From positions 178,887,910 to 178,951,909 of the forward strand of contig NC_090375.1 of NCBI RefSeq assembly GCF_036365525.1: a stretch of 64,000 nt of DNA. Reading direction: 5' to 3'. This document shows, piece by piece, positions 26,922-39,696 of this stretch. The notes under the pieces are model-generated. The model ran no database searches. It saw only the letters and a program-made list of their open reading frames with translations, and had not been told where the DNA came from. A program made the translations under genes and the position numbers. This DNA is from Heterodontus francisci. Its lineage: Eukaryota. Within the stretch, counting starts at the first letter, position 1, and the number at the start of each line of letters is the position of its first letter.

Positions 26922-27459
26922 AACAGATATTACCATCTAGGCAATGAAGATGAAAATTTACCCTGCTATGTTCTCCATGTTCTTCCATCAAGCCATCTCC
27001 ACCTGTACTCAGTCAGTTCCATCCCATCAATCTCAATAATTGATTCCTCCAGAATGTGCATAGTTGTACTGTTACTTGAAGATGCTTTTGCTTTCTCCAG
27101 AGTTGAATATTCCAATGGTCTCCTGGCTGGGCTTCCATCTTCCACCCTTGTAAACTTGAGCACATCCAAAGCTCTACTGCCCATATCCTGTCTTGCACCA
27201 TTCACCAATCATCCCTGTGCTCACTGTCCCGCATTGGTTCTGGTCCAGCAATGGCTCAAATTTTTAAAAACTCATCCTTGTTTTCAAATCCCTCTATTGC
27301 CTCACCCTTCCCTATCTTTGTAACCTTCTCCAGCTCTACAACCATCCAAGATTTCTGCATTTCCCCAATTCTGGCCTGTTGAGCATCCCTGAATTGCTTT
27401 GCCCCACCATTGGCAGCCATGCATTCAGCTGTGAAAGCCCTGAGCTCTAGCATTCCCTT

Positions 27460-28677
27460 TGTCAGGCAAGTCCCCCACCTGCCAAGACCGAGGCACACAT
27501 TATTTCGCCACATGAACATTAAAACTTAAAATTAGAAGCTCCTGACTGGAAAGATATTTGCATAGTAACAGACAGTGTTGGAACAAGGGGACCCAGTCGT
27601 TGCTTCCCCAATACACGGAAGAAGTAGTCAGACTAAAGGCCTGCTCAGGTCTGCAATTGAAACCCGACCCGAGCCCAACAGAACCACATCTGACCCAAGC
27701 CCGACCCTACCCAAGTCCTTTGATTTTTTTCCCGCAACCAACCCGACCCGACCTGACACCGGAATGAAGTTGATTTTATTAAAGAGGTTGTGCTCTACCT
27801 TGGGTGGAATCGCTCACTGCAGACAAATGCATAGTCTGGATGCACGTTTCCTGCCTTGACGTCCTGGCTGTCACTGTGTCCGACCTGGCCCGACCCGACC
27901 CGAGCCTGAATGCCGGACCCAGAAGAGCGACCCGACCCGACTCGTCCCAAACCCGACATACGTCATTGGGCCCAGTCAGGTTTGGGTCAGGTAGCTATGC
28001 TCTAGGTCAGACCAGTTTTAGTCCCATGACTGACTGACTGATGGAGTTTTTTTGAATTTGAACTTCCGACGGGAAAAGAAATCAGAAAGCACTTTTCTCC
28101 TTTACTGAGAAGCCTTCTCTCCTGTCTGCTCTCATCTCACTCTCACCAGCTTCGGAAATCATTGAAGACATATGAACCCTAAGAGAGAAAAGTCTTCTAC
28201 AGTGAACGAGGTTTAAGAAGAATACTGAGCCCCAACAAAAAGTAAGAGCTGTCTACAATCAAAGACTCTACGGCAAGCTGGAACCACAGAAACAGCAACA
28301 AGAACCTTCCCAACCCCGCCCCCCAGCCCTTTTAGAGACTGCCTCAAACCTCTCCATTTTATTTTTCTTCTGCTCTTTTCTGTCCCTATTTGCATGTGTG
28401 TATCGCGTGTGCATGCTAGAGTGAGTGTGTCTTATATCTGTAGGCGTTAACCATATTAAAGTTTAAGTTTAAGGTTTAAGAAATTTCACTTTTCTCCCTT
28501 AAACCGAAGAAAGCTTGTTTATGCTTATTTATTTGCCTTATAATTGGAAAGCTGTGAACAAGGATTCACAAAGTGGGAACTCAAAACTCAATGTGTTTAA
28601 AAATAATGCCCTATTACAATAAGGCCAGGTGAAGATAGTAAAAGGCCCCTAGACACCTTCCTCACCTGGTCATAACA
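27460..28677 (+). mobile_element. Solo LTR (Gypsy-type) with nested hAT MITE
   Basis: TGTCA...TAACA termini. 4-bp TSD cctt at 27456-27459 and 28678-28681. The L2 sequence is contiguous across it. Confidence 0.8.
27634..28004. mobile_element. hAT MITE with (CCCGA)n subterminal repeats
   Basis: Termini taaaggc.. / ..tgctcta. 8-bp TSD agtcagac / ggtcagac (7/8). Second copy at 61761-62186. Confidence 0.8.
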
Positions 28678-28884
28678 CCTTCCCAAACCTCTCCTCTTCT
28701 CTACCTCTCTTTCCTTCTTTAAGGCACTCTGTGAAACCTACCTCTTTGGCCAAACGTTTGGCCATCTGTCTTAATATCCCCTAATGTGACTCGGTGCAAA
28801 TTTTTCTGATAATGCTCCTGTGAAGCACCTTACGATGGTTTTACTATGTTAAAGGTGCTACAGAAGTGCAAGTTGTTGTTGTGG

Positions 28885-29730
28885 AGAAAGAAACAGAGTT
28901 TCTGGTCTGTGATAGGGTGGAAAACAGAAGAGATTAAATTTCAAAAGAGGTGATGGTGCAAGGCAAAAGGGTGTGATAATGGACAAGTAGAGAAACAAAA
29001 GATGTGTCTAGAGTAAGTGTTAATGGGAAAATGTAGAATTATTACAAACAGCTGGCATCCAAAATCAATATAAAATGGAAGCATGGATTATGAACCGAAA
29101 TTGTTGAGCCCAATGGCGAGTCCGGATGGCTGTAAAATGCCTAATTGAAAGATCAGGTGCTGTTTCTTGATCTTACCTTGAGTTTCATTGGAACAGTATA
29201 GGAGGCTGAGGACAGAGAGGCCAGAGATGGAATGGAGCTGAGAATTAAAATGACAAGCAGCTGGAAGCTCGGGGTCACACTTGCGAACTGAATGGAAGTG
29301 TTCCACAAAGTTATCACCCAATCTGCATTTAGTGTCACCAAGGTAGAGGAGACTGCATTGTGAGACGCAAATACAGTATACTAGGTAGAAAGAAGCATAA
29401 GTAAATTGCTCTTTCACCTGGAAGGAGTGTGTGGCACCTTGGACAGTGAGAAGGGAGGACGTAAAAGGGCATCTCCTGCATTTGCATGGGGTTGTGCTGT
29501 AAGAAGGAGATGGGGTGTTGGAGATGTTGAGGAGTGGACCAGGGTATTGCAGAGGAAACGGTCCCTTCACAATGCTGAATGGAGAGGGGTAGATGTGTTT
29601 GCTGGTGGCATCGTGCTGGAGGTGGCAGAAATGGGGAAGGATGATGTGTTGAACACGGAGGCTGGTGGGATGGAAGGTGAAGACAAGGAGAAGCTTTTCC
29701 TGGTTCTGGGGATGGATAAGGGGTAACAGC
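28885..29730 (-). mobile_element. Penelope-like element, GIY-YIG endonuclease region
   Basis: ORF 29088-29741: 'LVFTFHP..LVYCICVSQCSLLYLGDTKCRLGDNFVEH..ACHFNS..LQPSGL'. Confidence 0.9.
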
Positions 29731-29849
29731 ACAAGACACAAGACATGGTCGAGCTATCATTTGTCCGTAGATACAATTTCCACTCCTACATTTGTTTTGG
29801 CTGCTACAGCTTTTGACAGACCCAATTCCAACATGTGAATTTATTTTTT

Positions 29850-30552
29850 TTACTTTTTTTATTTATTTAGCGATACAGCACTGAAACAGGCCCTTCAGCC
29901 CACCGAGTCTGTGCCGACCATCAACCACCCATTTATACTAATCCTACATTAATCCCATATAAACACATTAATCTTATTCACACTACTGAGTCAGCGGCGC
30001 TTGAGATGGCTTGGCCATGTGAGCCGCATGGAAGATGGCAGGATCCCCAAAGACACATTGTACAGCGAGCTCGCCATTGGTATCAGACCCACCGGCCGTC
30101 CATGTCCCTGCTTTAAAGACGTCTGCAAACGCGACATGATGTCCTGTGACATTGATCACAAGTCATGGGAGTCAGTTGCCTGCGTTCGCCAGAGCTGGCA
30201 GGCAGCCATAAAGGCGGGGCTAAAGTGTGGCGAGTCGAAGAGACTTAGCAGTTGGCAGGAAAAAAGACAGAGGCGCAAGGAGAGAGCCAACTGTGCAACA
30301 GCCCCGACAAACAAATTTTTCTGCAGCACCTGTGGAAGAGTCTGTCACTCTAGAATTGGCCTTTATAGCCACTCCAGGTGCTGCTTCACACACCACTGAC
30401 CACCTCCAGGCGCTTACCCATTGTCTCTCGAGATAAGGAGGCCAAAGAAGGAAGAAGAGACATTAATCCCATATTCCTACCACATCCCCACCTTCCTTCA
30501 ATTCCCCTACCACCTACCTATACTAGGGGCAATTTATAATGGCCAATTTACC
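29850..30552 (-). mobile_element. HE1-type SINE 3' half interrupted by an RTE
   Basis: 'gatacagcactgaaacaggccc..' matches 11110-11285. Confidence 0.88.
29975..30459 (+). mobile_element. RTE-BovB LINE 3' fragment
   Basis: 'RWLGHVSRMEDGRIPKDTLYSEL..GRP..FKDVCKRD..CSTCGRVCHSRIGLYSH'. 15-bp TSD acattaatcccatat at 29946-29960 and 30460-30474. Confidence 0.93.
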
Positions 30553-30634
30553 TTATGAAACCTTATTAGAAGCTGAGAAATAAATTTGAAATTATTATTA
30601 TTGGACTAGAAAGGCAGGATTCAGTAAGTTTTTT

Positions 30635-31050
30635 TAATTCATTATTGGCATCACTGGGAAGGCTGGCCTTCATTGCACGTCCCAAGTTGTCCTGAGGAGG
30701 TAGTGGTGGTGGGCCTTCTTCTGGATCAAGAGAAGACCTTGATGTAGCAGTTTAATACAACTGAGTGGCTGACTTGCTGGGTCATTTCAGTGAGCAATTA
30801 AGAGTTAACAGCATTTGCATAGGACTGGAGTCACATATCAGCCAGACTAGGCAATGGCAGCAAGTTTCCTTCCCTGCAGGATCTTAGTGAAGCAGTTGGA
30901 GTTTTATAACAATGGTTACTTTGACTGATGCGACTTTTTATTGCAAAATTCAATAAACCAAACACAAATTCTTAAACTGCCATGGTGGAATTTAAACACA
31001 CATTCTCAGCTGGGCTTTTGGATTACTAGTCCAGTAACATAACCACTACA
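30635..31050 (-). mobile_element. tRNA-derived SINE (same family as 53960-54326), degraded
   Basis: 'ggattactagtccagtaacataaccactac', 'gtttccttccctg', 'actggagtcacat'. Confidence 0.65.
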
Positions 31051-31280
31051 GTTCTGTGTAAGGTGATACAAAGAACAGAATTAATTAAATGTATGGGAGT
31101 AGGTTTGGCATTGTGGAAGAGCAGAGGGGTTTGAGGATAGAGTTTGGAGGACATCAAAGGCAGGTTATTAAAATGTTTTTTAAAAATGAAAGAAATTCTA
31201 GGTTTTATCAGAAGAGGTTAGAATATAAAACAAATAGGAAGTGATGAGCACGAAACCTGAATAAACTCTGTTAGAAAACT

Positions 31281-32135
31281 GGGCTGAATTTAGTTAACCG
31301 GTCGCAGGTTCCAGCGGCGGACCCGGAATTGGACACCATCACTGCTCATCGAGTGAGCCGCTGGCCCACCAGAATCACATGGCGGGTGGCCAATTCCCAT
31401 AATAGAGGCACGGGGCCCATCCAATTATGTGGTGAGGACAGGCTCCGTGGTGTTGGATTGCAGTACGAGATGACTCCAGAGCAGGTGCTGGTGCCCTTTT
31501 TAAAGCTCTGCCAGCATTGCTGCCTTTCAGTGATTTACTTTTTGCTGATCACTGCTGAACCCACTGTGGTAGTGACACCCAGACGCCTCCACACCCCACC
31601 AACACGGAGACAAACACCGCAGTATGGCAGAGGTAAGACACCAAGTGGCCCCACGGTTTAGCAATGTCTCCCTGGAGATTCTCCTCCAGACTGCAAGGGA
31701 AAGGTGGGAGATCCTCTTACCCGGGGATGGCAAGAATAGGCCCTCCCACCTGACCAAGCAGGCCTGGATGGAGATCAGGGGAGGTCAGCAGCCATTGGGT
31801 CACCCCCCACCCACCCCCTGAACATGGTGCAGTACAGAAAGAGAGTCAACAACCTCCTTCGTTCTGCCAAGGTGGGTGCTCCACACCTCTCTCCTCTTTT
31901 GGACTTGCATGTGGCTACACAGGAGGTGCGTGACATTGGGAGGGAGTGGCCACAAAGGTGCTGGCAAAGGGGGTTAGGCGTCACGGCATTATGCCAGATG
32001 CATGCCTGCATCTCAGCCACAGGTCACCTTCTTTCACAACTCACCCCCATTACCTCCCCTGAGAGCAGCTGTGGGGAGCAGCCATGTAGGAAACCCCAGC
32101 AGGGGACGAGGAGATGCCACTAGCAGAACTGTTCT
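31281..32135 (+). mobile_element. Non-autonomous Harbinger left end with Myb/SANT exon 1 (ATG 31624)
   Basis: Terminus gggctgaatttag. 'MAEVRHQVAPRFSNVSLEILLQTARERWEILLP..QAWMEI..YRKRVNNLLRSAK|gt'. Paralogous to 22583-23440. Confidence 0.82.
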
Positions 32136-33269
32136 CTTCTGATAGGACATCTCTGTAACTTCATCGGATGATCCACCAAACCCCCGGAGATATGGTGCAA
32201 ACACTCTTTACGTTGTTTCTCAGAGGTTTACAAGCATCTTCTCACCAAAGTTACAGCAGACAACTGGGAGACACCTCCCCCCACCCCACCCCAACACAGC
32301 AATTCAAGCCCTTAGAATATTGCACCTGAATTGTAGTAAACATTTAACTAACTTACTGAGACATGCTATGCTTGAGTCAGGATTTCTGCTCAATGGGAGC
32401 AAATGGGAATGTACAGCAGAATTATGTGCTTGGGTTAGCTACACATGCAACCTGATGCCATTATTTTAGTGTTGGCAACTGTGAAATATTCTATGATCTG
32501 CTCTCTCTCCATTCAAGAAAGAAGTCACAGTTATAAGCAGCCATAAAAGAGAAGGGCTAAGTATAAATCTTGAACTGTTGTGATGCAGTGACCCTCTTAG
32601 ATCACAAGCCAAGGTTTAGTTTACTGAATCTGAATTGGTTGGAATTTCTGCTATTGTGCCCAATGATTGTTTAAATACAAAAATGTTGACTATAAGAATA
32701 ACATGCAATTTCCCCATTGGCTTATTGGATAAGCATGCCTCACGATGTGGCACTGGGCCAAAAAAAAAGGAAGATTCCCGCTTTTAGATGCTGAAGTGGC
32801 AGACTATTACAATTGACTGCCAAGCTAGAGAAGGAACTATTCCTGCTCCTGATCACTATCACTCAATGTGTCTGTGTGTGAGAGAGAAAGAGGTAGTGAG
32901 TGATATCAGAGGGCTCATATCACCTGACAAACCAAACCTCAGCTTTAACCACTACTTTCAGATGGAAAGGGATATAAAGAAGCAACTGGGGAGAAAATTG
33001 AAGCAAGGAAAGGATACATTGTTATATCATGCTATTGGTAATTTATTGCAAACATTCCTTCACACTGGCTAATGCCAGAAGACACTGGGGGAAAAATTCA
33101 ACCTTGTTTCAGACATAAAGCAAGATGAAAAAAATAAATAAATCATCCACGTCCAATCTACACCCATTGTTCAGTGGTCAACACATTGGATTGAGTAACT
33201 TTCAGTTGCCCAGGGCACCCACCTGATACACATGTACACACACACATACACACACAGTATTATGGCCAT

Positions 33270-34180
33270 TGCTTTTCTTATTATTTATAAATAACCTGGA
33301 CTTGGGTGTAGTGAGTACAATATTGAAGTTTGTGGATGATGAAAAATTTGGCAACATAGTAAATGGTAAACAGTTGGACACAGATAGACTGATGAAATGG
33401 GCAGACACATAGCAGATGCAGTTTAATGTGTGCAGTGATGCACTTCGGGAGGAACAACATGGAGAAGCAGTATAATCTAAATTGTACTATTTCCAGTGGG
33501 CTGCAAAAGCAGAAGGACCTCGGTGCATATCATAAATTGTTGACGGTACAAGGCAAGTCAATAAGGCAGTTAAAAAAGCGTAAGGAATACTTGGCTTTGT
33601 AAATAGGTGCATGAAATACAAAATCAAGGAAGTCAAGCTAAACCTTTATAAATCTCTGGTACGGTCTCAGCTCAAGTATTGTGTACAATTCTGGACACCA
33701 CACTTTAGGATGGATGTCAAGGTCTTGAAGAAGGTACAGAGAAAGTTTATCAGGATGATATCAGGGCTGAGGGACTTCAGTTATGTCGAGAAAAGCTAGG
33801 ATTGTTCCTACTTGAGCAGAGAAATTTAAAGGATGTCCTAATACAAGTATCCAAGGTTTTTGATAGAATAAGCTGAAAGAAACTGTTTCCTTCGGCAAAT
33901 GAGTCAGTAATCAGAGGTCATAGATTTAAAATAATTGGCAAAAGAGTAAGAAGAAGCTCGGAGAAATCTTTTCACACAGAGGGTTGTTATGATCTGGAAC
34001 AACTGGAAAGGGTGGTGGAATTCGATTCCACGGGAAATTTTGAAAGGCATGTACTTGAAGAAACTAATTTGCAGGGTTATGGGGAAAGAGCTATGGTGCG
34101 GGACTACAGTGGGCAGATCTTTCAAAGAGCCAGCACAGGCACGATGGGCCAAATGATCTGGCGCTGTGCTGTAAGATTCT
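33270..34180 (+). mobile_element. CR1 RT C-terminus and 3' UTR, degraded
   Basis: 'LYKSLVRSQLKYCVQFWTPH' and tail 'gattctat'. Confidence 0.85.
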
Positions 34181-34994
34181 ATTGCTTATGCAAATCAGGG
34201 TCCAGTTGTCCCAGGACCTACTTGCGGGCCAGTGTTACGGACAAGCCAACTTGCTGCAGATGGAACCCGATGTCCACTTAGCACCTGCGGATCATTGGTT
34301 TGATGGTGATGAGGCCCAACAGCAAATTTGGCAAGGGTCTCCCTGCCAGCACGGACCAGCGCACAGAGCGTGCACTCCAGCAATGTGCCATCCGTTTCGG
34401 GTACAAATCCATTTTCTCACCCACTGTGACGAATGTAATATGCTATGTGTAAGCAGCTTGGCATGCAAATTATTAATAAAGAACTGCTTTTGTCAGGACA
34501 TTGCCTGTAGTCAGGTTACACCAGTGTTAGTTCACAGGATACAAACATTCATGCTATCTACCTCCTGATAATGTGCCTTTTGTATTAAGGAAGGTCTCAC
34601 TGATTGCTTCAGTGACTGTATACTGAATGAATCCAGCTTCCTGCTTCCTTTCTGCTAAGTGTCATCAACATGACTCTTGTCCTGTCTTCCGCTCTGTTTC
34701 ATGGGAGGCAGGAGTAAATTCCCTGAGGCCCAAAGAGAGTTTTTAAGCCTGGTCAAGGCTTTTCCTCATCATTTGATTCGAAGTGTGTTAAGACTATTTC
34801 CGCTGACCAAGATAATTGCCCATGAGTTAATGCACGTCTCTGTATTCAGAGCCAGTCATGGGTATTTTTAGCCAAAATTAAGACAATAAGAAGATTTGAA
34901 GATCTGTTTAATGTTTTACCCCGCCCCCACCCCCACCCGCACCCGCAGCTCCCCACCACCCACAAGCTACATCATGGTATCAGGAAACACTTAC

Positions 34995-35069
34995 ATGCCA
35001 GATCACCATTTTTCATATTATTGTATTCTTCAATGATATTTGTTGTTGCCACGAGGAAACATTTAAAAC
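34995..35069 (-). CDS. Candidate 75-bp symmetric phase-1 exon (FKCFLVATTNIIEEYNNMKNGDLA)
   Basis: Acceptor 'cttgtaaatag|' and donor 'cat|gtaagt'. Only the phase-1 frame is open. Confidence 0.28.
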
Positions 35070-35782
35070 CTATTTACAAGAGGGCTGTTGATCTGGATCA
35101 AATCCCAATCAACATCCCAATCAACATCCCGTTCACTGTTATACGTGGCATCAAAATGATAGTGATTTTGATCAGTTCAAAATGAATCCCAAAGATAACC
35201 GTGTACCACAAGTGGGTCTAGATTCATTGCAAATTGATTTGTAAATTAATTTAAATCAGCATGCTATTGGATTTCAATTTGAGAGAAGCATTCAACAGCT
35301 CATCAGGTACAGTATCTGCCTAGCCAAAAAGGCTTGGAACAACTGAGTCATCGAGTTTGGCTGTAGCAAAGTTTGTCACGTGATTACTCACATAGCCTCT
35401 TTACTAGTTCTTATCCGCTGTAAGGGACACGATTGAAAAGCATAAATTTTTAAATTGCATGAAGGCAAATGATAGCAGAAAAAAGTAGCTTGTATTTCTA
35501 TAATGTCATGTCAGAATAGAAGCTATTCCACCATGGAAGGATCTTAGGTGGCAATGGTTCACAAGATGCTCCATGGTTTGGTCAGCATCTCCACAGATCA
35601 GAAATTTAATTATGTTCATTAAATGCTCCTCAGTCAGGGTCTCAGTGTCTGCTCTGTAAAATGAGCTTCATGATATCTTAGTTCTGGCATTTTTATCAAG
35701 CTTTACGTTTGAAGCAAGGCTGTGTGCATATGACATCTTGATTTGGGTTCATTAATTTCACCAATGTAAGGGCTAACCCCTT

Positions 35783-36549
35783 GGGCTGAATTTTGTGAGG
35801 CCCCATGAGACGGGATCAGAGGTAGGGGGGCACGGAATATTGCGATGGGTGGAGGGGCGGAGGGCCCGTCGCCTCCCCATCACCGAGTAATCTTCCTGGG
35901 GGGCGGGATAGACCGGCGATGGCCTTCCCACCCAGAGGCCTATTGAGGCCCTTAAGTGTCTTGTTAACAGCCAATTAATGGCCTGGTAAGATCCCAGCGG
36001 CGAGGTGGGGGTGGGGTGGCCTCCGCCATGCAGGCAGGTCATCTTGTAACATGATGCGCACCCCCTGCCCTCCCGGGTTTGTGGGGGGGGGGCTCCCTCC
36101 TCCATAGGCTTTGTAGGCCACAGAGGTCCCCTACGAGGAACCAATTCATTCCCTGGGACCCTCCCTTCCCCCTGGACTGCAGGATCACCCCCCTCAGCCC
36201 CACCTCACCGGGGCCTTCCAGACTGGCCTCAGCGACCCCGCCTCACCTCTCTTTTGTATGGGGTTCCAGCGCTGGGCCTGGGTCCGAAGCCACTGCAGTA
36301 TCAGCAGTGGCCATCGCTCCCAGTAGCGCTGCCCATGCTACTGAGCCACTGGCCGTCTGATTGGCCGGTAGCTCATGGAGGCGGGATCCCCATCTTTAAA
36401 GGGACAGGGATCCCACCTCCTGCAACTGTGATTTAAAAAGACTGGAGGATCACTCCAGCAGAGCGCGAAAAGGCAGAGGCGGGTTCCCCCACCCCCCTGC
36501 ATTTTCAGCTTTGTGTCGGGAGCCCTGCCTCCAGCACAAAATCCAGCCC
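35783..36549. mobile_element. Full-length Harbinger-like MITE
   Basis: TIR gggctgaattttgtg / cacaaaatccagccc (14/15). Flanks ctt/tta give only an imperfect 3-bp TSD. Confidence 0.8.
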
Positions 36550-38961
36550 TTAATTTCTGAGAAGAGGAAAATGTATTACTAAGTATTTCATGTAGAGTTT
36601 TTTGCTGTCTAAACTACAATTTCTGATGGAGTTTTACAAAGGCCAAATATATGGTACGTTTAATTAGAATGGTCTGTATAATTGTGAAGGGAAAGGAAGT
36701 ATGGACAGAAGATGTTCTGTTAAACGTACTCCCATGGTATGAAAAAATATACCCACAAATATATTTTTTGTCTTTAGGGGGAAAAAATACTTTTCATTTT
36801 TGGCTGAATGTTTACTCACTATTTTAGTCTCTTTCCCCAAGAGCTGCAGCAGTGTGGGGCAATGCCCTGCCAGTGTCTCACAACTCCAGAATCAAATGAA
36901 CTGAGGCACTCCAGGACTTACCCTCGGCTTTCCTTTGCCTTTAATTTTGATTATTGAACTGGCTGATTGTATTGTGATAGCCAAGCATTTGTATACTGTC
37001 TCTCTGCTGCCCTTTCTGTTGGGAGGTGTAAATCAAGTTTCAACATGGCTGCTCCCAGTAAAGACCTCATGTAGATTTGCTCTGTGAATACACAACAATG
37101 ATCCCATTTATATTTTAAATATTACATTCAGAGAATTGTCTAAAATGTAAATGCCTGCAAGACAGACAATGGGAAGATTCTCCTGGGTCTTAAACGGAGG
37201 AACATCAGGTGAGTTCCTGGACACTCTGACCTGCCCAACTTTCTGATATTCCCTGGACCCCAGGTGATCAATCGGGTGAATCTGGATGCAGATTTAGGAA
37301 AATCTCTCCTACAATTCAGCAACTCTCACATCAGGCATCTGTTGTTTCCTATTGTGCCTGCCTGTTCCTCAATGATCTTCACTGTAGATAATCTCCTCAC
37401 CCATGCAGTCATCTCAGCCTGAAGCATTAATGGCTATTTTCACAAGCAGAAACAAGAAAAAATCATCTTATTTGCATTACAGGAATGAACAGAGTTTTCT
37501 TCTTCATCCTGTATGTGCTTCCTGGAGGGGTCTTGAGTGAAATAAATTTGGGCAGACTCATTTCAGCTCCTTGTGGATATGAGGTCACATCCCAAGCTAC
37601 CTAGAACTCAGAACTTATTGGCATTTGAGTTTAACAGTCTCATTCAGAAAAGCCATGCACCACTAGTGGAGGAAATAGAAGTGTATGATTTCTACAGATG
37701 ATCGTGTGATATTTGACCTGGAAGGTTTTGATGTTGACATGTGGTGGGGGTGGTAGAGTGTCTGTTAGTTTGTGCTAGTATTATCAGTGCAAGATATTTG
37801 AAATCAGCTGAACCAGCACAAAAGATCGTGGAATTTTATACATAAGTTACGTTAGGCATAAGTTGAATAGCTGTGGTCTTTAACGCTGGTTTAAAAATAA
37901 TCTTGCTAAAAGCCAAGCCTGCCCACATTACTGGCCATGCTGCCAGCTTGAAATAATGAAGATGGTGTGTTTCTGCTATTTGTGGCCATTCAAGGAGAGT
38001 CTTCAAATTGAGATTGTATTTCTTTGCACAAAGGAACTAGTGGGCACATTTTAGAAGTTTGTTACACATTAGAAATAGTTTGATGTATTAAGAAACTGAC
38101 TAGTCTACATCAATGAAACTAATAAATGGTTCATTATAGGTTTTCAAGTTCTTGTCAGGTTAAAATCAGGTTAGATGGTGCACTAGATGCTGATTAAAAA
38201 TGCTTATGTTTTGTGATAACCCCATTTTTAGCTGTATTAATAAAACTGCACCAGGTTACCACTCTTAAATACATTGATAAATATTTTTAATGCGATGATC
38301 TATTGTATTGGTTCATGGAAGATTTCATGTTTGTGATTATGCAAATGTGCTTGGGCCAGAAACTTGAACCATAACTTCACTTAAGAAAACCAGCGCAATT
38401 TTGAGTGAGATTTGCACTCAGTTTCTCGATTGCACCCAAAGCAGAAACTATGCCCCAGAGTACAAAAAGTGAGGCAATGTTGAATTCTCCAAGAGGTTCA
38501 TAACTGATCAGCAGAAAACAAAATCACCAACATACTTTACTGGAAAATTAGCAATAAAATACCTGCCACACATAAGACTGATTTCCCTTTCTGGCCCATT
38601 ACTGCTGCAAGTGAAATGCTCACATAGCGGAGCACAATCCAGCTTTGTATTATGTTCCAAGGTTAGTTTATCACTATCATTCATACGTACTTCTAGCTGG
38701 GTAACATCATCAGCAGGAGCTCATGAAGGGTGGGGGTTGGGGTAAGAGGCAGAAAGTACCTCAAGCCTGGAGCTCTTAAGAACTGCTGAGAAAAGTAACA
38801 TGAATGGTAAGTGGCTGTACATATAATTCCTGGTTGCCATGATTTAGTAACATCTCAGTGTCTCATAACAAACTCTTCAATCAATAATCTGTAGCACTTC
38901 TTCTCAGTTGTAATAGGCAAAGTTATGTTTTGTACCCCAGGCATGAAGAAACTAGACTCAC

Positions 38962-39696
38962 AGCTGGAATTTTACGGCCCCCCCCCCAACAAGCAGAGGG
39001 GGGCAGGGGTGCAGGTGTAGGGTGTAAAATTGAGTGGGAGGTGGGAGGACCATTCTTGATGCCTTCCCACCCCTGCTGCAATTTTATGCGGGGCAGCGAG
39101 AGCGTGAAATTGCCTGCCCACCTCAGGCGAATCAAGGCCCTAAGGTGGCCAATTAACTGCCAATTAAGGGCCTCCTCCCGCCACTGTGGGTATTTCACCC
39201 GCAGCTGGTGGATGGCAAAGGCCCCAAGGACACTAACAGGTCAAAACTGGTGATCTTCTTGCAGGCTGGGGAGTGGGCCCTCCTGATCGGACACCCTAAC
39301 CTCCAAAGCCCCACAACACTCCACGTCCCCCCCCCCACCACTCCCGCCACAACCGATCCCCCTTGCCTCGCGCGGGGCCTGGCTGATTGTCCCCGGCGAG
39401 GCCCCAAAAACTTAGCTTCGTTCCGGGGCCATTCTTCACCTTGCTTGCAATGGCTGGGTGTAGTCCCAGCAGTGGTCACCACTCCCAGTGGCGCTGCTGG
39501 GACTAAGAGTTGCCGGCCGCTGATTGGCTGGCAGCTCCATAAGGCAGGACCACCTGTCTCAGGGTAGTGGAAGTTCCGCCCAAGACCAATTAAGGGCCTG
39601 GGGAGTGAAAAGTCCCGGTGTGGTTCCCCAGGCCCGGCAGAGGCGGGCTTATCCCCGACATTTCAGCCAGTGGGCGGGTTCTCCTGTCCAACGTAA
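38962..39696. mobile_element. Harbinger-like MITE inserted in the LTR
   Basis: Absent from the sister LTR. Termini 'gctggaattttacg' ... 'cgtaaa'. Same internal hairpin motif as 2593-3230. Confidence 0.75.

Larger units (their letters stand above)
26985..28882 (+). mobile_element. L2 LINE 3' region, split by a solo LTR
   Basis: Similar to 44400-45390. Tail 'ttaaaggtgcta..aagttgttgtt'. Confidence 0.8.

Noticed and set aside
37485-37604. MNRVFFFILYVLPGGVLSEI.., resembling an Ig/TCR leader peptide
   Set aside because: Stops after 39 codons. No V-domain Cys/Trp motifs and no RSS seen.
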